Below are positions 26,479 to 32,000 of a DNA stretch of 32,000 bases, piece by piece. The stretch comes from Acinetobacter wanghuae (lineage in GTDB: Bacteria; Pseudomonadota; Gammaproteobacteria; Pseudomonadales; Moraxellaceae): assembly GCF_009557235.1 (NCBI RefSeq), contig NZ_CP045650.1, positions 390,001-422,000 of the forward strand, given 5' to 3'. The notes beneath the pieces were generated by a model. It did not search any database. It had not been told where the DNA came from and was given only the letters and a program-made list of their open reading frames with translations. Position numbers and translations under genes: made by a program. Each line of letters starts with the position of its first letter. Position 1 is the stretch's first letter.

Positions 26479-27474
26479 ATGCATCAAAAAGTCGTTCTGC
26501 TCGACCTCGAAAATAATTCGCCGAATATTAAACTTTTACGAGACATTATTGAGCATTATCCTGTGCTTTATGTGTTTAATTGTTCGGGAAAATTTGAATT
26601 TTCATTGCCAGATTTAACAGAATTTTCGGCTTGGGTGACCAGTGGTCAAATTGTGATTTTAGATACCCCGACCTCACCACATAAAGAATTTGAATATGCC
26701 GTGATTGTGGGGCAACTATTGGCGCTGCTTGAACATCCTGCCCATGTTGAGTTGATTTCTGCCATGGACAGCAGTGTAATGCTGAGAAAAATGCTCGAAG
26801 CATCCAATATTAGTTGTAGTTTGATTCAAGTTGAATCTGGACAGCAGGGGGCAGCTTTAGCCACTAAATCACATCTGCCCAGTATTGAAGCGATTAAATC
26901 TAAGCCAAATTTATTGTTGGTGAAAAAATATTGTGATGCCTTAGACAGCATGAGTGGTAAGCCGAGCACAATTGACGGTTTAAAAAATTCGATTACTAAT
27001 ATTTTGCAGCAAACGCCTGAACAAGCGCAGCATCTTGTGGGCATGCTGATTAATTTGCGACTGGTAAAATGTCAGGATAACCATATTCATTTTCGTAAGA
27101 AAGTCCTGAAACAATGGATTGGCTTAGATTTAAATGCGGTTACGCCAGCTCATTCACCGTTACTAGATCAGGTCATCACAGAACTTAAAAATACAATAAA
27201 TCAAAAAGATGAAGACGTTGAAACGATTCAGTCGGTACAGCATGATTTATTTAAAAACTTTGCACGTATTGATCCGGTTCAGTTAGAAGTGGCACGTAAA
27301 TTACGTGAGTTAAAATCAGATAAGCCGAAAGATATTTATGCGCTACGTGATTTGCTTGAGCAGCTCTTCCCTCAATCTGATATTCGATTGCTGCTGAAAG
27401 AGCTGATTGAAAAAGGCTATATTTATTGGAATGGTCACGAAATTTTATACAGTCATGAGATGTTCTTAAATTAA
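26479..27474 (+). CDS. Uncharacterised protein: putative divergent NYN/PIN-like N-terminal domain plus two wHTH-like C-terminal modules
   Basis: It is a long, clean ORF. I prefer ATG 26479 (MHQKVVLLDLENN) over the track start TTG 26341, whose 46 extra residues do not look protein-like, although no clear SD is present. The domain call rests on by-eye alignment to the NYN protein at 30770 and is inference. Confidence 0.7.
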   Translation: MHQKVVLLDLENNSPNIKLLRDIIEHYPVLYVFNCSGKFEFSLPDLTEFSAWVTSGQIVILDTPTSPHKEFEYAVIVGQLLALLEHPAHVELISAMDSSVMLRKMLEASNISCSLIQVESGQQGAALATKSHLPSIEAIKSKPNLLLVKKYCDALDSMSGKPSTIDGLKNSITNILQQTPEQAQHLVGMLINLRLVKCQDNHIHFRKKVLKQWIGLDLNAVTPAHSPLLDQVITELKNTINQKDEDVETIQSVQHDLFKNFARIDPVQLEVARKLRELKSDKPKDIYALRDLLEQLFPQSDIRLLLKELIEKGYIYWNGHEILYSHEMFLN

Positions 27475-27544
27475 TTTTGTCGCGCAAACTTGCGTTTTAC
27501 ATTGTGCTTATGCAACTCTAATAATAGAACATAAAGGTTGAACT

Positions 27545-27994
27545 ATGGAAAATACAGGAATTTGGGTTGCTGTTGTCATTGTGATTTTTGTCATGGGCTC
27601 TATTTTAGGCTTACGTGTAAGTCCAAGAGAAAAAGCCATTGGCATGATGCGTGATCAAGCACGAAAAATGGGATTGCATCCACGATTGGTGGTTGCCCCT
27701 GATTGGACCAAAATTCCGATGGCAACGGAAAACCGTGCCAGTATGGTGGCGTACTATAGTGTATTACTTCCAGAGGCGCGTTTGCCGCTGATGCGTGCCC
27801 GTATTGTTGACCAAAAGTTCGAAATCGTACACGGCGATGACAAATTTAAAGATTTTCCCATTGCATTAAAAGGCATTTATGCTATTGATATGCAGGCGAA
27901 CTGTGTGGGAATGTTTTGGGATGAAGAAGCCGATTTAAGAGCCACCCAGTTAGAAGACATCAAAGCACTCCTACACGCTTTGGCTGAACTTTAA
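27545..27994 (+). CDS. Hypothetical protein with a single N-terminal TM anchor
   Basis: 149 aa with the N-terminal helix GIWVAVVIVIFVMGSILGL. SD AAGG lies 9 nt upstream. It ends immediately upstream of topA (31-nt gap). Confidence 0.7.
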   Translation: MENTGIWVAVVIVIFVMGSILGLRVSPREKAIGMMRDQARKMGLHPRLVVAPDWTKIPMATENRASMVAYYSVLLPEARLPLMRARIVDQKFEIVHGDDKFKDFPIALKGIYAIDMQANCVGMFWDEEADLRATQLEDIKALLHALAEL

Positions 27995-28025
27995 TATTAA
28001 AGATAAACAGGATTAACGATTCATT

Positions 28026-30665
28026 ATGGCGAACGCTCCTCGATCCACATCAAAAAGCAGCACAGCGAAAACTTCTACAGCTGGGAGCAAGCGTGCCTTA
28101 GTGATTGTGGAGTCGCCTGCAAAAGCGAAAACAATCAACAAATACTTAGGTCCAGATTACATCGTGAAGTCATCTGTCGGTCACGTACGTGATTTACCGA
28201 CAGGCGCGAGCAAAACGGCAGAGAAAAAGCCGGCAACGCGTACCAAGTTAACCGATGAACAAAAAGCAGAAAAATCGCAAAATGCATTGATTAACCGTAT
28301 GGGTGTCGATCCAGAACATGACTGGAAAGCCAAATACGAAGTTTTACCGGGTAAAGAAGGTGTCGTTGCTGAACTGAAAAAACTGGCATCGCAAGTCGAT
28401 GAAGTCTATCTCGCAACGGATATGGATAGGGAAGGGGAAGCGATTGCTTGGCATTTAAAAGAAGTGATTGGCGGGGATGATTCACGTTATCAACGTGTGG
28501 TCTTCAATGAGATTACTAAAAATGCCATTCAGGAAGCCTTTAAACAGCCGTCACGCCTTGATATCGATAAAGTGAATGCTCAGCAAGCCCGTCGCTTCTT
28601 AGACCGCGTGGTGGGCTTTATGATCTCGCCTTTACTGTGGGAAAAAATTGCCCGTGGTTTATCAGCAGGTCGTGTGCAATCGGTTGCAGTAAAACTGGTG
28701 GTTGAGCGCGAACGTGAAATTCGTAAGTTCATTCCAGAAGAATACTGGCAAGTGTTTGCGGATACTAAATCTAAAAAAGATGACATTCGTTTAGAAGCAG
28801 TCAAGCAAAATGGTAAAGCGCTTAAGCTGCATAATAAAGCCGAAACGGATGCGCTTCTAAATCTGATTAAAGATGCTGAATATAAAGTGTCTGTGCGTGA
28901 AGATAAACCGACGAAGGTTAATCCAAGCGCGCCATATATCACATCGACTTTGCAACAAGCGGCAAGTACCCGTCTCGGTTTCTCTGTCAAGAAAACCATG
29001 ACCATGGCGCAGCGCTTATATGAAGCAGGTTTCATTACCTATATGCGTACTGACTCGACCTTCTTAAGTGATGATGCAGTCAGCATGGTACGCGGTCATA
29101 TTGAATCTGAATTTGGCACAAAATACTTACCTGCAAAGCCAAATAAATATGGCAACAAAGCGGGTGCGCAAGAAGCCCATGAAGCGATTCGTCCATCAAC
29201 AGTGGGTCTGAAAGGCGATCAATTGATAGGTGTAGACCGCGATGCACAGCGTTTATATGACCTGATTTGGCGTCAGTTTGTCGCGTGTCAAATGACGCCT
29301 GCCGAATACTTATCTTCAACGATTTTAGTGGATGCCAATGGTGTTGAGCTGAAAGCCAAAGGTCGTACTTTGGTCTTTGATGGTTTCACTAAAGTGCGTG
29401 GTGCCAACAAAGCCGATGACGATATTTTGCTGCCTGCGGTAAAAGTCGGTGAAGTACTCAAACTCGAGAAACTTGATCCATCGCAACACTTTACTAAGCC
29501 ACCTGCACGTTTCACTGAAGCATCGTTGGTCAAAGAACTTGAGAAGAAAGGCATTGGTCGTCCATCGACTTATGCTGCGATTATCTCGACCATTCAAGAT
29601 CGTGGTTATGTGAAGCTCGACAACCGTCGTCTCTTTGCCGAGAAGATGGGTGAAATCGTGACAGACCGTCTCGATGAAAACTTCAATAACCTGATGAATT
29701 ATGCATTTACTGCAGATTTGGAAGGTCAACTTGATAAAGTTGCAGATGGCGATCGTAATTGGAAAGAATTACTCAATAGTTTCTATGGCGACTTCAAACA
29801 ACGCCTGACTAAAGCGCAGGGTGAAGACGGTATGCGCCGTAATCAACCTGTCGAAGTCGATGCGGTACATTGTAAAGAATGTGACCGACCAATGCAGATT
29901 CGTACGGGTACGACGGGTGTATTCTTAGGTTGTTCTGGTTATAACTTACCGCCGAAAGAGCGTTGTAAGGGTACATTTAATTTAACCCCCGTTGAGTCTT
30001 TAGCTGCGCTGTCTGATGATGAAGCAGCAGAAACCGCTGACCTGATGTCGAAAAAACGTTGTCCAATTTGTGAAACCGCAATGGACAGCTATGTGATTGA
30101 CGGTGGTCGTAAATTGCATGTCTGTGGGAACAACCCAGACTGTGATGGTTATGAACTCGAAGAAGGTGAGTTCAAAATCAAAGGTTATGACGGTCCAACC
30201 ATTCCATGTGACAAGTGTGATGGCGAAATGCAGTTGAAAACAGGTCGTTTCGGTCCTTACTTCGCCTGCAACAGCTGTGACAATACCCGTAAAGTATTGA
30301 AGAGCGGTCAGCCAGCACCGCCACGTGTTGATCCAATTAAAATGGAACACTTACGCTCAACCAAACACGATGACTTCTTTGTTCTTCGTGATGGTGCAGC
30401 GGGTCTGTTCTTGGCAGCAAGCAAGTTCCCGAAAGTCCGTGAAACACGTGCACCGAAGGTTGCTGAACTGCGTTCTGTGGCGGAACAGATTGATCCGAAA
30501 TATCAATTTATTTTGCAAGCGCCAGATGTTGACCCTGAAGGTAATCCAACTTTGGTTAAATTCAGCCGTAAAAACCAATCACAATATATTGGTTCTGAAA
30601 ATGCAGAAGGTAAACAAACCAAATGGTCTTTGGTTTACCAAGATGGGAAATGGGTTGAAGCTTAA
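28026..30665 (+). CDS. topA: DNA topoisomerase I
   Basis: The Toprim start is [19 protein letters not shown] and the active-site Tyr region is [11 protein letters not shown]. Three C-terminal Cys4-type zinc ribbons are present (CKECDRP...C, CPICETA...C, CDKCDGE...C). It is 879 aa. Confidence 0.97.
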   Translation: MANAPRSTSKSSTAKTSTAGSKRALVIVESPAKAKTINKYLGPDYIVKSSVGHVRDLPTGASKTAEKKPATRTKLTDEQKAEKSQNALINRMGVDPEHDWKAKYEVLPGKEGVVAELKKLASQVDEVYLATDMDREGEAIAWHLKEVIGGDDSRYQRVVFNEITKNAIQEAFKQPSRLDIDKVNAQQARRFLDRVVGFMISPLLWEKIARGLSAGRVQSVAVKLVVEREREIRKFIPEEYWQVFADTKSKKDDIRLEAVKQNGKALKLHNKAETDALLNLIKDAEYKVSVREDKPTKVNPSAPYITSTLQQAASTRLGFSVKKTMTMAQRLYEAGFITYMRTDSTFLSDDAVSMVRGHIESEFGTKYLPAKPNKYGNKAGAQEAHEAIRPSTVGLKGDQLIGVDRDAQRLYDLIWRQFVACQMTPAEYLSSTILVDANGVELKAKGRTLVFDGFTKVRGANKADDDILLPAVKVGEVLKLEKLDPSQHFTKPPARFTEASLVKELEKKGIGRPSTYAAIISTIQDRGYVKLDNRRLFAEKMGEIVTDRLDENFNNLMNYAFTADLEGQLDKVADGDRNWKELLNSFYGDFKQRLTKAQGEDGMRRNQPVEVDAVHCKECDRPMQIRTGTTGVFLGCSGYNLPPKERCKGTFNLTPVESLAALSDDEAAETADLMSKKRCPICETAMDSYVIDGGRKLHVCGNNPDCDGYELEEGEFKIKGYDGPTIPCDKCDGEMQLKTGRFGPYFACNSCDNTRKVLKSGQPAPPRVDPIKMEHLRSTKHDDFFVLRDGAAGLFLAASKFPKVRETRAPKVAELRSVAEQIDPKYQFILQAPDVDPEGNPTLVKFSRKNQSQYIGSENAEGKQTKWSLVYQDGKWVEA

Positions 30666-30680
30666 GCTTCGATAAAATCA

Positions 30681-30709
30681 AAAAATGCTGACTTCGGTCG
30701 GCATTTTTT
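30681..30709 (+). terminator. Intrinsic terminator after topA
   Basis: The stem AATGCTGAC (30684-30692) / GTCGGCATT (30697-30705) includes one G-U pair. The loop is TTCG and a T-run extends to 30709. Confidence 0.75.
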
Positions 30710-30769
30710 ATGTCAAAATGAATCCTGAAAAAAGAATCTAAAAATAAAAAAATCTAGGGGATGCTTTGA

Positions 30770-31573
30770 ATGCAAACAAAAAAATTCGCAGTCTTGATTG
30801 ATGCAGATAATTCATCTGTGAATGCGATTTCACATGTTTTAGAAGAAGTTGCGAAATATGGTATTGCCAGTGTGAAACGTATTTATGGCGATTGGAGTAG
30901 CGAAACGCTAAAGAGTTGGCGTGATGTGTTATTGCCGCACGCCATTACGCCTGTACAGCAATTTGCCTATACCAAGGGTAAAGATGCCACCGATATGATT
31001 TTAATTATTGATGCGATGGATTTGCTTTATGCCGGTGCTTTAGATGGCTTTTGTATTGTATCGAGCGATAGTGATTTCACCCCGTTAGCCTCACGTATTC
31101 GCGAAAATGGCTTAGCTGTGTATGGTTTTGGTCGTAAAAATACACCTGAGGCGTTTAAAAAAGCCTGCGATAAGTTTATTTACGTTGAAAACTTAATGAG
31201 TGATATTGAGATTAAACAGCAAGAAGATGAAGAACTCAGCACCAGTTCTCAAAAGAAAACGGCAACTTCAGAAAAAGTCATTGAAAATAAAATCACATCC
31301 TCTGCAAAAGATAATATCGTTTTGCCTGATAGCTTAGATGGCGCAACACTCAATCTGATTTATAAAGCGGTCAAAGACAACGCAGATGAAAATGGTTGGG
31401 CAAATTTAAGTATGGTTGGGCAGTATATTAGTGCAGTAAAACCTGATTTTGATTCACGTAACTATGGTCGAGCGAAACTGTCTGGCTTGATTAAAACATT
31501 AAATTTATTTGAAACAAAAATAGAAATGAGCCAAATGTATTTAAGAAAAATGAAGAAACAAGGCCTTCAATAA
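30770..31573 (+). CDS. NYN-domain (LabA/DUF88-like) protein with a C-terminal OST-HTH/LOTUS domain
   Basis: The NYN motifs are FAVLIDADN, KGKDATDMILIIDAMD and CIVSSDSDF. The C-terminal LOTUS-like module reads LNLIYKAVKDNADENGWANLSMVGQYI....PDFDSRNYGRAKLSGLI. SD GGGGA lies 8 nt upstream. Confidence 0.85.
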   Translation: MQTKKFAVLIDADNSSVNAISHVLEEVAKYGIASVKRIYGDWSSETLKSWRDVLLPHAITPVQQFAYTKGKDATDMILIIDAMDLLYAGALDGFCIVSSDSDFTPLASRIRENGLAVYGFGRKNTPEAFKKACDKFIYVENLMSDIEIKQQEDEELSTSSQKKTATSEKVIENKITSSAKDNIVLPDSLDGATLNLIYKAVKDNADENGWANLSMVGQYISAVKPDFDSRNYGRAKLSGLIKTLNLFETKIEMSQMYLRKMKKQGLQ

Positions 31574-31575
31574 TT

Positions 31576-32000
31576 ATGTGGAAAAAAGTCCGGATCCTCA
31601 TTTTATTGGTCATCTTGCTGATTGTTGCTGTAAATGCCTATCGTGATCAAAACCAAAATTGGTCTAAACCAATTTTCGTGCAGTTACATCCAATCAATGC
31701 CGATGGATCAAATATCACAGCACAATATATCCAACAACTGTCTCATCAAGATTTAGCGGGCGTAGAGCAATATTTGAAACTGCAAGCCAGTAAATATACT
31801 TCTACACCCGTTCATTTCTATTTCAAGCTTGGACGTGAACTGCTTGAAGCACCTCCAAAAGTACCTGAACAAGCAAACGTGATCAGCATCATGCTGTGGA
31901 GTTTAAAGTTTCGTTATTATGCATGGAAGCATCAGCGCAGCTTGGATCTGACACCGACGGTGACTTTGTATTTGAATTTTTATGATCCTGCTAAATTTAA
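31576..32000 (+). CDS. Hypothetical N-terminally membrane-anchored protein (5' partial, runs off the window)
   Basis: ATG 31576 lies 2 nt after the NYN gene stop. The frame is open to the window end and reads MWKKVRILILLVILLIVAVNAYRDQNQNWSKPIFVQLHPINADG... It is absent from the ORF track because no stop lies within the window. Confidence 0.6.
   Translation, partial: MWKKVRILILLVILLIVAVNAYRDQNQNWSKPIFVQLHPINADGSNITAQYIQQLSHQDLAGVEQYLKLQASKYTSTPVHFYFKLGRELLEAPPKVPEQANVISIMLWSLKFRYYAWKHQRSLDLTPTVTLYLNFYDPAKF

Noticed and set aside
28291-30675. Antisense and alternative-frame ORFs (64-151 aa) within topA
   Set aside because: They are nested in a 879-aa topoisomerase I CDS with all hallmark motifs and are shadow ORFs.
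1-32000. Scan for tRNA, rRNA, CRISPR arrays, IS elements, integrases, toxin-antitoxin pairs and known defence-gene signatures
   Set aside because: I saw no spaced direct-repeat arrays and no cloverleaf-like or rRNA-like stretches. No transposase, recombinase or phage-like translations appear in the ORF track. GC content is fairly uniform apart from the AT-rich intergenic gaps. The window looks like core chromosome.

Overview
Chromosomal, housekeeping-rich window of about 40% GC. The protein sequences look like Acinetobacter or another Moraxellaceae (inference from sequence character, no search run). I saw no tRNA or rRNA genes, CRISPR arrays, transposases, integrases or phage genes. Gene order is: katA-type catalase (-); an AT-rich gap with a small ArfA-like ORF (+) converging on a decayed Ser-rich ORF (-); the ptsP and rppH pair (-); a HAD-IB hydrolase and a DUF2789 protein (+); a LysR regulator and a DUF2061 membrane protein (-); leuC, a REP-like element, leuD, a lipoprotein and leuB (+); a lipoprotein (-); infA (-); an AraC-family regulator (+); truA, an asparaginase-like gene, FimV encoded as two genes, and asd (-); a membrane-anchored EEP nuclease/phosphatase (+); an lpxL-family acyltransferase and the ABC-F gene uup (-); slyX (+); an uncharacterised gene that I read as a divergent NYN/PIN-like domain plus two wHTH-like modules; a small membrane-anchored protein; topA; a canonical NYN plus OST-HTH (LOTUS) gene; and a 5' partial membrane-anchored ORF (all +). 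The points most worth a second look are listed here. (1) topA is bracketed by two NYN-type genes, each followed by a gene for an N-terminally anchored protein. (2) A 45-bp in-frame tandem duplication of the AraC gene 3' end differs from the original only by three synonymous changes and one nonsense change. It abuts a 123-bp element with 10-bp terminal inverted repeats. (3) FimV is split into a periplasmic LysM gene and a TM plus cytoplasmic gene. (4) The ArfA-like ORF carries an intragenic hairpin and T-tract. (5) A REP-like insert lies between leuC and leuD. No self-evident complete defence or mobile system is present. The novelty claims are inferences that need profile or structure searches.
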